Assembly: GCA_965153455.1 (NCBI GenBank)
Contig: OZ234494.1
Coordinates: forward strand, 3,720,001-3,784,000
Source of the DNA: Sphagnum compactum
Lineage: Eukaryota
Direction of reading: 5' to 3'
DNA: 64,000 bases
This document shows positions 1-14,605 of this stretch, in pieces; position 1 is the stretch's first letter; each line of letters begins with the position of its first letter. The position numbers and the translations under genes were made by a program. The notes under the pieces are model-generated. The model did no database searches. It worked only from the letters and a program-made list of their open reading frames with translations, and was not told where the DNA came from.

Positions 1-1296
1 CTGATGGCAGCTCTGTACAATGAAACACGTAAGTAGTTTATTATATTCTGAGCACATGTCTGCATCGGCTAATTCATTTGGCATGCAATATTGTCCTTGA
101 GCATCATGCAACGCCTTGTTTTCTATAGCCGATTGATCTGCATGTCTGCAACACTTGAAGAAATTCAGTGTAGTGCAAATGGTATACATTCCGTTGAGGT
201 TGACGGTGATAATGCATTGCACGGTCCAAAGTTCCTGACAATTGAAAAAAGAAGATCTCCTCTGACTGATCATTCTAATTGTTTGGTGCATTCACCCACA
301 TGCAGCTCAACTTCTCCGGTTGAAGAGTTTCGTCGCGAGTTTGCATACCCGATACGGACTGGAAGCCGGTGGGGCAATCTTGGAGCACATGGTTCCCGAG
401 CCGAGGAGTCGCGCTCATGAAATGCATCCCAATGTACTCTTCATAGAGTACGTTGCATGGGTATGCGTGACGTCTGCATCGTCTTCACCCTATAGCATGT
501 GGCTCCAACCGCCGCAGATTCTCACACGCCGATTAATCCCGTCCTCTGTCCTGGACGTTGTTCTGGGCGCGCTTCTTACTGCCGCGGACCTTAACAACAA
601 GTACCATCCGATCAAAGTCGAAAAAGCGCATGTATCTGGAAATTTTTTCCTGGTGGGTACTTTCTTATGAGCTCTCACCATTTTCTAAAATTCCAGACTT
701 ACACAATGCTGCTAATCTAGGTCGTCATTTTCTTCTTCTCAAGTTCTGTAAGTTTCTTCCACTGACTGCAGCGTTTCTGCACATGTCTTCTGATAAAAAA
801 AATTTGTCCCTCAGGCAAGTTCATCAGTATATATAACACTTGTTGTTACAGACTCTTTACACAACACGGAGTTTTCAAGCTGTAGTTGCAGGTCACGACG
901 TATAATGTCATAGGGTTTAGGGTTTAGATCATGGCTTCGGCCCGTGCTAGATTTGATGCTAATTTCTGTGAGCTGATTCCGAGTTATGTTTTGTACTTAA
1001 TGCTGCAGCCAATTCGGGAGAGTAGCTTCAGAGACACCCACATGTCAAGAGGCCACGCAATGGTGGACCTGGTGAACGTGATGGGTTGCGAGTGGCAGGA
1101 TGTAACCTGGCTAGCACCGCCGGTAGCCGTTCTCACCGGCGATAACTGGAGGAGATTCGCACAAGACAATCGCGTGGACGATGGGGACGTTTGCGTGTTG
1201 GAAATTGAGCGCGGACATGCCTACATCAGCCGCAGTCTCAGCTCACCGCGCAAACTCCAAATCAAAGTCCATGTTTTCCGCATGGGCTTCCCTTGA
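1..1296 (+). CDS. B3 DNA-binding domain transcription factor (REM/VRN1-like); probably 5'-partial; 3 exons in window
   Basis: Exons 1-28, 306-652 and 1009-1296 join in frame through GT-AG introns (ACAC|gtaagt..tgcag phase 1; CTG|gtgggt..ctgcag phase 0). Spliced C-terminus KYHPIKVEKAHVSGNFFL/PIRESSFRDTH..VDLVNVMGCEW..LTGDNWRRFAQDNRVDDGDVCVLEI..IKVHVFR matches the B3 pattern (W..F..DN.L..GD.C.FE..V.+FR). ATG at 4 may or may not be the true start. Confidence 0.85.
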
Positions 1297-3864
1297 AGAA
1301 GACAAAGTAACTAGTGCATGATCAATGGCGTGGATCCATCAACCTTCGATGGAATTAGTTGGCTGTAGTAGCTGAATTTGGCGACAGTAGCTGCCATCTG
1401 CACAGCCTCGTCCGCTAAATTTGGGCTTGGTTTTTAGCAATTGATTTCAATGGTTAGAGAAGAGCATCATGGATTGTTCAACTGTTGCTTTTGTTGTTGT
1501 TTTTGCAGTAATTTTCTTCCCTAAATTTGGTTCAGTCCTCACTGTGTTCAATTTTGATTTCTCTTTGGGGCAATGGTAATTGGGGGATATAAAGCTGGCT
1601 AACTAGTAGTATATATCTCATCATGCTAATTTGTCTGCAGGAATTTTTGGAACAAGTTTTGGCATTTCCAGCTGATCAGCTGATCATCCCCCATGAACCT
1701 TTTGAATTGTGAATTTGGTATTTGTGAAAATTCAAAACTGTTCTTTGAATTCTGCTGTTTGTTGGTTGCACAGTGAAGTTTGCCTTTGCTCAGTCAATGG
1801 GCAGCTGCAAATTCATTTTTTGCCAATTTTCAAATGATTCAACTGCTAATTCGACTTGTTGGACATAGATAAGAACTTAGCTTGTAACAACTCTTTGTGG
1901 TACGCAGTCTAGCTCTGTGAAAATCTATATTGAAAAATATAGATCTTACTTACCCTGAAGAGATGTGAAATATAAAATCAATTTATGTAATGTATACAGA
2001 TCCAGAGTAGTGAAATAGATACAACTGTGTCACTCCTAAGAGTTAATCATTTATAGAGGGATAAGTACTGCAAGAGAAAAAATCCCAAACATTTCCCCAG
2101 GATTCAATAGTTCATGGACACAAACCTGGACCTAGATCTGCAGAAAGCAATATCTCTGTACATGATTGGAAATTTCCATTCTGATATACTAAATAGGTCC
2201 TGCATGTAAATTAGGGTACAGATATGGTGCATGTTCTGGAAATTTGGAGGATTTTGCCAGAAACAGTCCTCCCAGGTATTACAAAAGATTTAAAGCATAA
2301 TAAATTTTTATCTCCACTTAACATCAATGATAGGAGTTCAGGGTTACTTAAAGGGTTCAAGGGATGCAAACCCTTATTTAGGGCAGTCAGCTGAAATGGA
2401 TTTTCTTTGCATCACTTGCATCTGGACCAGCACTGCAATTTAGGATGAGGAACAAAGGCAATGAAGGAGAAATGAAAATCTTAACAAATGAAGTTATTCA
2501 TCTTGTCAAATTTTCATCCATCATTGTCCATTGCTCATCCGTAATTTGTGACAGTCATCCACCACCATATGGATACTTGTGGGTTTAATGTCTATTGAAA
2601 GACCACACAGATATAACAATTACATTGCAATCGAACACATAAGGAACTTGAACATAGCACAAATACAAATCTTCTCAAGTTACAGCATACACCCCTACTA
2701 TATAAGGTAAATACAACAATGTTACAGGAAGATTGAAGAAGAAAGAAAGAAGTGGTAATACAATTCATATACATTTAACAACATGTTGATTGACAAGTTA
2801 TTGGTAGATATGGGTGAATGTGTCATGTGCCATTGTCACAATCAAACTCCAACTTTTTCGAGTCTAAATTGATCTTCATGATGAACTTGATATGTCAAAG
2901 GAGGGGAGGGGGGGTGGGGGGGGAAAGGGGATTTTGAAGTTCCAATTATAGGTAGCCAACAATATAGAAAGATGCTGGGATTTACAAAAAATTCTTATAT
3001 TTTAATTATAGTTAAATTTGGCTAAGGGTGAAAGCATGGTTCAGTGCACCAAAGTATTATCTCAAATGGTAATTTTTCATATTCTTTTTACCAAAGCACT
3101 CAACACCAAAATGATGTAATTCTGGAAACAATTGAATGATAAAATCATGAAAACAACATTCTAATTCCAAAAGGGTTTTAGATTTGGATATTATCACATT
3201 GTATTTTGGTCATAATAGTGAATATCCCATTGAACAACTTAAAACAACACATACCTTTAGTATCATTATTCATAAAACTTTGATGTTTTGAAAAAAATAA
3301 AAATTATCATCATTTAAAACATGGGTGGATGCAAGATAAAGTGGATCATTTTTTGTGGCACACTACAAGTTTTTATAGAGTGTTGTGCATTAACATGCCA
3401 TAAAATCATCATTATGTCAAATTTCTCTTTGAATTAAAAACTTCAACTTGAAATAGAAGAGATCTACATAAAAAATTATAACATGTATATTTCAAATATA
3501 GAGTATTGGATAATGGACTTTTGAAGTTGAAAAATATGGACTACTCTTTTGTCTATGGCTTTATACAAATACATTTTTGTTTATAAATTTTGTTTGGGTT
3601 ATTTTATAGAGTCTCAATACATAATATATTGAATAAAAAATAATATAAATGAATTTTTTCTAAGAAAAACTTTAACCCAAAAAAGATGTGGGCCTTTAAA
3701 TGTCTTAAAATGGACATATCATACTCATTTTTGAATGGATTTTAATTTTTTTTCTTTTAACATGCATCTTAAAGAGTTATCTAAGTGAGACTTTATTCAC
3801 ATAATTTTTATTGTTTCATTAACCACCTTGAATCCCCCACTTAAACAATGATATCATAGTAGAT

Positions 3865-4642
3865 GGGTTCATTCACAGTTGGGGTACTAAAAAAGGAAAA
3901 AAGGACTTAAGGACTTCTTAAAGCTATTTTTTACAAATAACATTTACATGAAACAAACTTACGTGAGAAAAATTGAATAGTTTAATATAAGATAATTCAT
4001 GTGTTAGTGGTGATTCTTCATATTCATACATAATTGTGTATGAATATTTTGGTTGAATGCCAAAAACATTAAAAATTTCAAAAAATCCCAAAATGAGTTT
4101 CAATGGATAACTAAACTTGTTTTTTGGCAAGTCTATTTCTTGCACATGTGACCTGCATCTGAAGCTAGACATTTTGAACCCATTGAACATAATTTTTGTA
4201 TCAAATGTTTAAAAAAATGAGTCCTTTGCCTTGCAACCCTTTCTTTCAAAATTTCAAGACTTTGAAATTTTTGTATGATTTAGTTTTTCATCAAGTTCAT
4301 CCAATGAACATGTACTTTCATAGAAGGGGGCATGTTTTTATTGTACAAAAAATTTAAAATCAATTGTATGAATTTATGCATTCCTTTTATTTCCTTTTTA
4401 AAAAAATGTAGTTTGGACACTTGATATAGTTAGTTTACAATACTCAAAATGACATTTACATAGTATCCTTGAATTATTTAAAAATATTTTTATTACTTTA
4501 AAAGAAGTCATCATTTTATCTATTGGCATACAATAATCCATTACAATTATAATAATGTAAGATAAATAAGACTCCAAAGTTGTCCTTTGTAGTCCTTAAA
4601 AAGGTAGACACTCTTTTTTTGTACCCCAATCATGAATGGACC
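3865..4642. mobile_element. Non-autonomous TIR element (MITE, possibly PIF/Harbinger-type)
   Basis: Left end gggttcattcacagttggggtactaaaaaa; reverse complement of right end ggtccattcatgattggggtacaaaaaa. The same terminus recurs at 53048-53071. No clean TSD. Confidence 0.6.
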
Positions 4643-7514
4643 TAGATTGTAATTTTAACACTACCAAATGGATTATTTATTTGCTAGAATTGGTCCACCT
4701 TACCTTGCAACCACCTACATCTTTACATCCAAATATGAAAAAAATTAGGTCTTTTAATATCATATTTATTTGGGATAATTTGTCAAAAAATTGAATTAAA
4801 AAAATTTCATTAAAAGAAATACATTAGAAAATAATAATTTGAACAAGATGTTTGAAGATGAAATGTTCCAAAAACTATCCTTGACAACAAAATGTTTTTG
4901 AATTTTTTGAAATATTTAAATATACTACTTGAAATTAATACTTTCAATTTAAAACCATATTTGAATAATTTTGATGCTTATTCACACAAATTGATGCTTC
5001 CATTCATGTAGCCTAGATTTTTACTATCATTCAATCATCATATTAGAAAAACTTCTTCAAAAGCTAGCCTTGGATTCATTGAAAAATATTTTCAAATACA
5101 ATGGACATTTTAAGTATTGAACAACTTCAACATAAATTATATTGAAAGCTCCCAATTGAGTACTTTGTATAAGTACATCAACACAAACCCTAGTATAGGT
5201 CCCAATGAATATGATAAAAAAAAAACTAAAACCCCATGAAAGACCTTCAATGCTAGCCATTCAATTCAAAATTAATATATACAAATCATTAATCGATGGA
5301 ACTCCATAACCCAAAAATGTATTTGTTTTAAAAATCCATTCACACATGTGGTCAAATTTAGGTCATCAAGCTTGAACTTTTAGATTTGAAAATGAAACTT
5401 CAACAAGTAGTTGTGCATGTCTGCACTTGCAACCTTTTCATTTTGAGTGAAGCAAAAAATGTTTGATGCATCATAGTTGCAAGATTTGAAGTTAGATTAT
5501 TTTACAAAGTCCAAATTTGCATAAACAAAAAGTCAAATCCCATTCCTTGAAATCAAAAAAATGTTGTGAATTCCCTACAAATATGTTGTTGCTTATTCAA
5601 AAGCTTGCAAGTGCTAGTCTCATTGAACATTTCACCACATTAATCTTAGAGCAAAAGATTCAATGCAAGGGGCAAAATGGGGTGCATTTTGCAAGCTCGC
5701 TCCAAGTAAAGGATGACGTGAGAAAAAGGGGGTTTTTCCCTTTTTCACTCAACCTTTTTTTGGGCTTCCAAGAGTTGAGAATGGGTTTAAGGTTGAGAAA
5801 GTAAGGAGGAGAGTTGTTCCAATCTTGTTGAACATTTTTGCACACAAATGTTAAAGAAAAAACATCAATGCCAAGGCTAGAATGGGATACTTTGTGAACT
5901 CATTGTGAGTAAAGGATGTTGACAACGTTGTTAGCTATGAAAGAAAGGAGACATTTTTTCCTTTTTGGCTCAACATTTTTTTGATCTTCCAAGAGTTGAA
6001 AAGGGGTTTATGGTTGAGAAAGCAATGTGGAGAACATCAAAGTTGGTAAAAAAAAAGCCTAGTCTGTTTTCTTCTAAAAATGTCCTTTTTTTCTTTGTAA
6101 AATAATGGTGTGTTTTGATTACATGTTATTTATTTACAAAAATACACTTGCAAAACAGGAGCATGGCATGTTGATTTGGTGTCCAAACCAAAATCAGTTT
6201 CCAAACAATATTATAAGTTAATCTTATATCTATGTGATTGTTAATAAATTTGTCTTGCCCATGATAATATACACTTGATGTGAATTGTTGTCATATTGTG
6301 AATATTCTTTTAGTTTGAATAAAGAGATTTATTTTGGGTTTAAAGCTCCATAATTGCTAGGATAACACAATTTCAAGCTTTAGTTGTATAACTTATTATC
6401 TAAAAATTGCATATGCCCAATATTTTGAAGAGAGAGGCAACAAAGTAGCAAAAATCACATTTGTGAACACATTTTTCTTCTAAATGTGCATCAAACAACA
6501 TTGTGTTTCACAATTTATTTTCTTCTTCCATGTTTGAATCTCCTTGTGCGTTTATTTCAACTATCACATTCTCTTATCTTTTCAATTTCATGGTGTTGGA
6601 TTAATATGCATGATAATTTATTAACTATCCTAATTGTAACTTGATTGGTATTTATGTAGTCATGAACAACTTCTTGCAATTAATTTGTCTTCTCAACTTG
6701 TTTTAATGGGACTATCTTTCAAGTTAATGTTATGCCAAACCTTTGTTGCATGTGGAAAAAAACATCATCGTCAAAAGCTAGACTTTAATATGTAATTAAA
6801 TGTCAAGTTCACAATTATGACATGAAAATGCAATTAAGATGATAAAGACCTGAACTTCAACACTAGTAGGAAAAGTTGAAGAACTTGACTACTTTGATAG
6901 AGATAATCATGTTCTTTGCTTGCAAACCTTGCAACAAATTTTACAAAGGAGTGTTCTTCTGCAAGTATGTATTTTTGGAACAATGTCAAACAATTTTTTT
7001 TTACCTTGTATATAAAGTAAATTTGTTAATGTTGTGTATTGTTTTCTTGTTTCTAATTTTCCTTTTACTTTGTTTTTGTTTAATTATAGTTTCTTTTAGG
7101 AAATACAAAACAATATATGAGCATTCAAATGCAACTTAGATTAGATCATCAAGATGCAAATTTACATGAATGCATGGGATATGTGATTGACCCCACTATG
7201 ATCAAAACCAATGTTAGTTACCAATGAACAATGAATATAAAGATAGGACAATTTATCAATTCATAGTGGACATGCATTGACCAAGTTCATTAACTTGGGT
7301 TAACAATGGTGTGCTAGGAATATATATTTACAACATTCTTGTAAGAGGAGCCAATCATAAGTTTATGATTTTAAGAACTTCAAGGAATAATTGTAACTTT
7401 GTTTGAGTTTACATTGTTCATAAAAAAAACTATCTACATTCATGATCATTTAATTGGTGAAGAGGACCAAGACTTCCATTCAAAACTTGTTTTTGGCTTT
7501 TAATCTTTCATGGC

Positions 7515-7730
7515 TAAGCTTTCCCATCACATTTTTTCCATTCTCTTAGAACTTTGACAAATTATCATCAATTATCATCACAATGTGTTAATGATAAACT
7601 TTTACAAATTAAAATTTATTTAAAAAGTTTATTGCTATTGGGTTCTTGCCCATCACATTACCCCAATCATCAAGTATTAAAGTGACTAAAACAATTTTTA
7701 GTATTGGAGATGTTTTTTATACCCTTGCAC
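7515..7730. repeat. Dispersed direct repeat, copy 1 (copy 2 at ~14410-14605)
   Basis: Shared core aaaagtttattg(c/t)tattgggttctt(g/c)cccatcacatta..aaaacaat..ttagtattgga(g/a)atgtttt.tatacc.ttgca. Confidence 0.7.
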
Positions 7731-10539
7731 TAATAACTAATACTTTCGATTCATTCCTTGTTGTAGTTTTTCATTCCTATGATACAAAGTATATGAAATT
7801 TCAAAAATCCTAAATCGACTTTTTTTACATCCACCCTTGCTTCATTTTTCATTCCTTTTTTCTATCTTTAATGTTAATTGTAGCATTTCATAAATCTTAA
7901 ACATTCAGTAGGTGAAGAATAGATTTTATTTTCACAAGTGTTATACATATACTATTGTTTATGTTTATCCCATTAACATCCCAAATCACAAGGCATTTAA
8001 TTTCATAGAAATTTATTAATGTTTTAATCTAGAAACCAATATTCATCTTGAAGAACATAATGGTTTGGTATGATGAAAATATTGATGATTTTAGTGAGTG
8101 TTAATAAACATACCAATTGGTAACCATCTTGTACATTTTGTTAATCCTTCAACATAAATAGTTACAATGCCCTTCTCTAATGTCCATACCTTAATTCCCT
8201 CATGAGGTTTAACAAAAATCAATTCTTGCACAACTTTTAATAATTCATGGAATTGATCTACAAAATAATTTCACTTATCTTGTTGTTTTGGCTTATTTCT
8301 TGGGGTATGTGTGAGAGTAACCCACACCCAACCATAGTGGCAATGTTGTTGTAGGGTGAAAGCACAATCAATTGAACATTTTGTGATGTTTTTTTAAAAT
8401 GTGAGCTAGGCATAAACTAAATCTTAACATATTAAAAATTTAGAAATATTGTTATTTCAATGATCAATACAAACATGTTCTTTGAATTTGTGCCAATGAG
8501 ATCGAAGAATCACATGTTTAAAATATATTTAAATAGATTTTTAAAAGTGTATAAACAATTTTTATTTATTTTGAAGGTTATTCAAACAAACAAAGTTACT
8601 AAGCTTCAAATAGATGAAACATTGAATTTTTTTAGTTTCTTGGTTAATGCCATTTAAAAATTTACTTATGCAATTTCAACTTCCAATGTAAAAGTAATTT
8701 ATATATCAATCTTCTAATGTAAAAGTAATTTTGAACACACTTTCAGTAATCAGTTTCAAAAATGTTTTTGCCTAATTTTAATACACTAAATTTTTTCAAA
8801 CTCTATATCTAATATCCTATAAACAAACAATATTTAATGGCATGATGGTTTGACAATGATTAAAATGGTTTTGACTCTACTTACATTACATGTGACAATA
8901 TGATTGCAACTTTAAAGGATTACTTTGTGCATCTAATTGACTACGTGCTTTTAGGGCAAACCCATCGTTGGGTGGGATTGCTAAGATATCACCTTGATTT
9001 TCTTAGATCCATTGAAATTTTAAAATCAAAAGAAACACTTAAAATATATATTTTCATAATTTTTTAATGAGTACATTTATTAGGTTCCATAAATTTTGAA
9101 ATTTCAATAACATCAAGAATATTGTGTATTTTAATGTTCATAATCATTGCATTTAAGACAAGTTTCAAGAACATAACATTGGTTCCTTTTTTTGAACTTT
9201 TTTTGTCAAGAATACAAAGTGGAAACATGATTTGAAAATTTTCTTAGGAGTTTTTTTCCTAAGGTAATTTTGAAGTCATTTTTATTTTAGTTTTTTGTTA
9301 TGCATTAATCAATGAGTATGTATAATTTAATTACAAATTTCTAAAGTTAAGGCTATTGATTCCTAAAAGCCCATCTCTATTAGGAATACAAAATTCTAAC
9401 AATTTCCACTTTTTAAATTCCAAAATAAACTTCAAGCCATATATTAAGACATGAAATGGATAAACGTGAGAAAAAATATAATTTATAATTGTGAAAAAAT
9501 TTGAAGGAAAGGGCCCAAGAAATGATTTGGCTACTTTGGTTCTTTAAGGCCTAGTGATGACATTCTTCATTTTGCACATTAAAATTCTTTAAAATTCTTC
9601 ATTTAGCACCTTGTCATAACATTCTTTACCCGCGAATGTTTACCAAATTACACTGGTTGATCTATAAAATTCTTTAAAATTCTTGCTTCTTTGGGCTTCC
9701 ATAACATTCTCGCACCAAGAATGTCATAACTATGCTTTAAGGAATTCTTTGATGTGGTTCCTAACGGCACCACTGGCCAAGGATGGGTTTATGAACCTTA
9801 ACAATTCCTTTGCTTGTTTCATTATCATAATTTCTTTTAAACATTTTACATTTTGTTTATCATTAAACATGTTGGTGTTAGATTGATTGTTCATTTCAAA
9901 TCATTCATGATATATGAACAAATTTGTGAAAGTTAACAATCGATACACTCCTTGTAAATTCAATGGTTTTATTATGAGTTCTATCCTTTTCTATTCTGCA
10001 TGTTCCCATACATAAACTTTTTTCCCAATTCCCTTTAGTTGACATTCTATAGAGGAATGAATTTAACCAACAAAATTTAAATCATATTTATACAATTCAA
10101 CCCATCTTGAGTAAAGTCTAGACATATTGACTTTTTCATCATAATTCCAATGCTAGAAAACCTTTTTCAAGGTAACGTGATTACGTTAATATATCTTATT
10201 TTCACTACATTAAAACATAGCATCCATGACTAGGATATATTGTGACTAGTGTCCAAACCTAGTCATGGAATGATATGACCCAATCATATGTGATTTTAAT
10301 CATGATTATAGGACTTTTAGTCTCATATGACTATGATATTACAACTATAGGATTAATAATCATGAAAGGTAGTTAGGTTAAGCAAGCTAGGCTAAGTAAA
10401 TAGGCTAAGTAAAAAAGTTTAAAAATATAGGTAGACCTTAAGTAGGCCATATAGACATATTAAGTCCCAACTAACCTTTAAATGTAGGCTTAGGTGGATT
10501 TAAATTCTTCCTAATAAGTAGCCTTTAGATAGGCCTAGG

Positions 10540-11410
10540 TATATATTCTAATACGAATTAATTTAAACTTAGTTTAATTTAAAGTCATTTAATCCAATCC
10601 TAGTTTCACCTAATTTAACCTATTGAAGGCTAATTTACCCCAAGTAGCCTAGTTTATTTTAAATAACCTTATTATTTGAATTAATCCTATTTTAGTTTAA
10701 TGTACCATGTTTTAACATATGTAACTTAATTCAGTTTGATTTAGCCAAGTGTACCAATTTTTAGATTTCACCAAGTTTAGTCAAACTTAAATTAAGTAGT
10801 TCAATTCAGCTTAGTTTTGGCCTTATATAGTTCAACCAAACCTTTTAAAACCTCATTGAACAAATTTAAACCAAGTTTAACCAAATATATTCACATTTAA
10901 CCAAGTTTAACTAGGTTTAACCTAAGTGGTTTAATGTAACTTGATTTCACCAATTTAAACCAAATTTAATTGAAGTATCCAAGTTTAGCTTAATTTATTC
11001 ACATTTAGCCAAATAGATAACCAATTTTAACTAAAACTTTTTTAGGTTTAGCCAGATTTATTCAATTTAAGTAATAATTAACTGAATTTACTCAAAAGAT
11101 TTCTAAGTTTAGCCAAATCTAGACAAAATCATTTAGTTTAGTTAAATTTATATTCGTTGAACCAAGCCTTTAAAAGTTTCACCCAAAATTGTCAAAATAT
11201 ATAAAAATATATCCTAGTTTAACCAAAATAACTAATTTTAACCTCATTTGTTTAAACCAAAATTAACCAACTTTAGCTTTAATTAGGCCAAGTTTAATCA
11301 AAATATCTTAATTTAATTTTTAAATTGTTTTTTAAACCAAAATAACATAGTTCAAAAATTTTATGTTATTTTAGCCAAACTTAACAAAGTTTTACCAAAT
11401 TTATCCATGG
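10540..11410. repeat. Degenerate ~10-bp periodic tract (TTTAACCAAR-like)
   Basis: Example: tttaaccaag tttaactagg tttaacctaa at 10897-10926; variants recur over ~900 bp. Confidence 0.7.
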
Positions 11411-12253
11411 GTTTAGGCTTCATAAATTTGCAACCTTTTAAATTTATAAAATGACCTTTTAAGAAAATGATTAAATATAATTTACACAATTTAAAATTAT
11501 AATTTTATTACAAAATATTTGTTATATTATGTATATATATTAAACATATTCCAATAAATATTTATAACATATAATTCTGCATATGTACATATGTATGTAT
11601 ATGATATTAAATGTGTAGGTTTTAGTAATTATAAAAATTATAGAAAATTGAACAAATGAAAAAAATCTACATTATGATGTTATATGAAGTGGTTGGATTA
11701 TAATAAATATGACATAATTAAGTTGTCATTTTATTTTTTCTAGATATACATTATATTATATTATAATCATCACAAATTTTATTAATTAATTAGTTATATA
11801 CTACAATAAATATATGATTATTAAATTAAATGGTATGATGAAAATTAAATATTTGTATATAAAGTATGAATATTGAATATATATGTATATTATAATACAT
11901 GTATTATATATACATATTATATATAACATGTATATAATAATATATATAAATAAAAAATATTCGAAGTTTTATTTTGAAATTATACATATATTTATTAAAT
12001 TTTATCATGAAAATTGAAACATAATGGATATGTTAAAAGTTTTGAAATTCAAAAGTGATTTCTACATTCAAAATTTGTTGTTTGAATTTTTAATTGATGC
12101 ACGTATGTAGATTCTACTTCAAATGTGAATAATCCATATTCAAATTTTAGAGTAAGTATTGAAAAAAAATATGTATTTTAAACTTTCTGTTTTTTTACAT
12201 TCAAACATTGAAAGATGATAATCTTATATGTGAGTACATTGTTTCACATCTAA

Positions 12254-12705
12254 TGTGGTAAAAGGTGCAAACAAGCTAATAGGAGCCATTAATGCCCCCT
12301 TCGGTGATTGTTTGTTAGAGAATATTCTTGGAAAAAGTTTTCAAAAAAACGTTTTTAAATATTAAAAAAAAATTGTACTATTTTTAAAGGTTTGTGTTAA
12401 AAATTTGCCATAAAATGTCATTTTCAAGGTTTTCCAAATCCAATTACAAGTCCTTTCATTGCTTAAAGCAATGGTTACAAGTCCTTTTACACTACTTTTG
12501 AAGGTTCAAATGTTGATGAAATAGTTTCATATTTGGACATTTATAGAATAAGATATTAGATTTGATAATGTGCAAAAGTTTTAACTTATTTTCAAGTTAA
12601 AATTCTTTTTAAATTTTTTTGGTGTGAAGAACACATAGTTAAGCAATGGTTGTGACTGCTTTTGGCTCCCATTAGCATGATTGCAACCTAAAGGCCTTAC
12701 ACCAT
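12254..12705. mobile_element. Small TIR element nested in the CACTA element
   Basis: aggtgcaaacaagctaataggagcca (~12262-12287) is the inverted match of tggctcccattagcatgattgcaacct (~12663-12689). Confidence 0.45.
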
Positions 12706-14409
12706 TTTGAATAGGTCCAAGGATCAACCCTTGACCATGGCATGTTGACCAAGTTTGACCAAGTTGAGTGTGGTCAACATTGGGGTATGTTTATGTATGA
12801 TGGATGTGTGACATTGGTATGGTATGATCTATTTTTATACTATTTGTATATAAACTATACATATACAATATATAAATAATATATTATATATAGAAATCTA
12901 TATTATATGTAATATATTATATTTTGTAATCATATAAGATATTGTAAATGGCATATGTGATTACAAACCCAATCGAAGTAATCATATATCCATCTTTTTG
13001 GTGTAGTGTTTCACAATTTAAAATTATAAAAAATATTTTCCTTATAATCACATTTTACTTGAAGAAGATCTTTTGGCATCCATATTTTGACAAGTGCATT
13101 AATATTAGTTTTTGCACATTCAACTTAATCACTCAAACAAATGAAATAGTAAGTTGTTAATATTTGGTCAATTCTAGTGGGAGGGTGAAACCACACTAAA
13201 AGGTGTACCAAAAACAACCATTATAAAATCCATTTTGGAAATTTTTTTTAGTGTATTTTAAAATGCAAAAAGATGGACAAAAACACAAAAACTTTGAAAC
13301 AATGTTAAAGTTGACGTCTTTTTCCATGTCCAAGTTAATGGTGCCTTATTTTCAACCTTTTTGAACACTTTTATTTAATATAATTTGGTTATGAAAAATA
13401 TCCTTTTGGATATTATGTGATGGAATTTGAAAATTTTAAAAACATTTATTACACATGATAAAAATTTATAAAGTCCATCACATACTTCATATTTTCTAAA
13501 TTGTTTACTCCTAAGTGTCATAACCCTTGAGACTTTAGCATGTCCCAAAATTGTGGAATTTATTTCAATTCCATTATAAATAATGAATCCATACCATTTT
13601 TTTATGGATTGTAAACCTAGAATTGCCTAGATTACAAAGTCCATATTTCATTGAAAATTAATGTTCATGGTGTAATAATTTGAAAGTAAAAACCACAAAG
13701 AAGTTAATTTCACTTATTTACATCCAATGGTTTGTGGAAATTTCCAATTTTCATATGGGTTTTAAATAATAATATGTGTCCAACCAATTTTTTTTTGCCT
13801 TTGTGGCATCTAAAGAAGTCCACTGTAATATGCTTTTAGACCAAAATGAACAAGCATGCAAGTATTGAGAGCCATTTCATAGCATTTGTCACTTGGGATA
13901 CATCAATACTTAAAGTGTGAGCTTTCAAATTCCACTTTGTTGTATTACATGAAGCTTTTTAAAAATAATCTTCAAAATTTTTAACAAAAATGCCTTAATT
14001 AGCCAAACTAATAATTCCAATAATCACTTTTAGGTTGATTTTTTATTGTTTGTAAGAATAATCCAACCTACCTACAACGCATTCTTAGTAATTTGTTAGT
14101 TTCATAAAATGACATGGTTAATTGATCTTACGAAAAGGTAATACATGTCCTTAACAAATTTTATTTAACCCCAAACATTTTAATACTCCTTTTGCTTAAA
14201 CCATTTTGTAATACATTACTCCCAATGAGAAAATAATTATGGAAAAGCACATACAAGTTTTGTGCTTATCTCTAGAAGATCTTTTATTATATATGTTCTT
14301 AGTTTCTCAACACAAATAGCCCCAACAAAACTATATCTTTTTGTTTTGTTCATCCAATGTGTTAAAAATAACCAAATAACATAAACTTAATTTTGACACA
14401 TTCACCATG

Positions 14410-14605
14410 ACTTTTCCCATGTTCAGTTTTTTATTTTAAAAATAATAATCCCCAATATGGTCACCAAATGTTAATCATAAAGTTTTACAATTTTTTAAAA
14501 AAGTTTATTGTTATTGGGTTCTTCCCCATCACATTATCCCAAACATTAAATGCCAGAGTAGTCAAAACAATATTTAGTATTGGAAATGTTTTCTATACCT
14601 TTGCA
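14410..14605. repeat. Dispersed direct repeat, copy 2 (of ~7515-7730)
   Basis: Aligns by eye to 7515-7730 with scattered substitutions. Confidence 0.7.

Larger units (their letters stand above)
10203..13008. mobile_element. Non-autonomous CACTA (En/Spm) element
   Basis: Starts CACTACAttAAAA; reverse complement of the end reads CACTACAccAAAA; flanked by TTT/TTT, a possible 3-bp TSD that is weak evidence in AT-rich DNA. Subterminal tagtcat/atgacta repeats at 10225-10340; low-complexity interior; no transposase. Confidence 0.55.

Noticed and set aside
911..927. TTTAGGG motifs (also ~28393, ~59638, ~60343) as interstitial telomere
   Set aside because: Only 2-3 units each; at most telo-box motifs.
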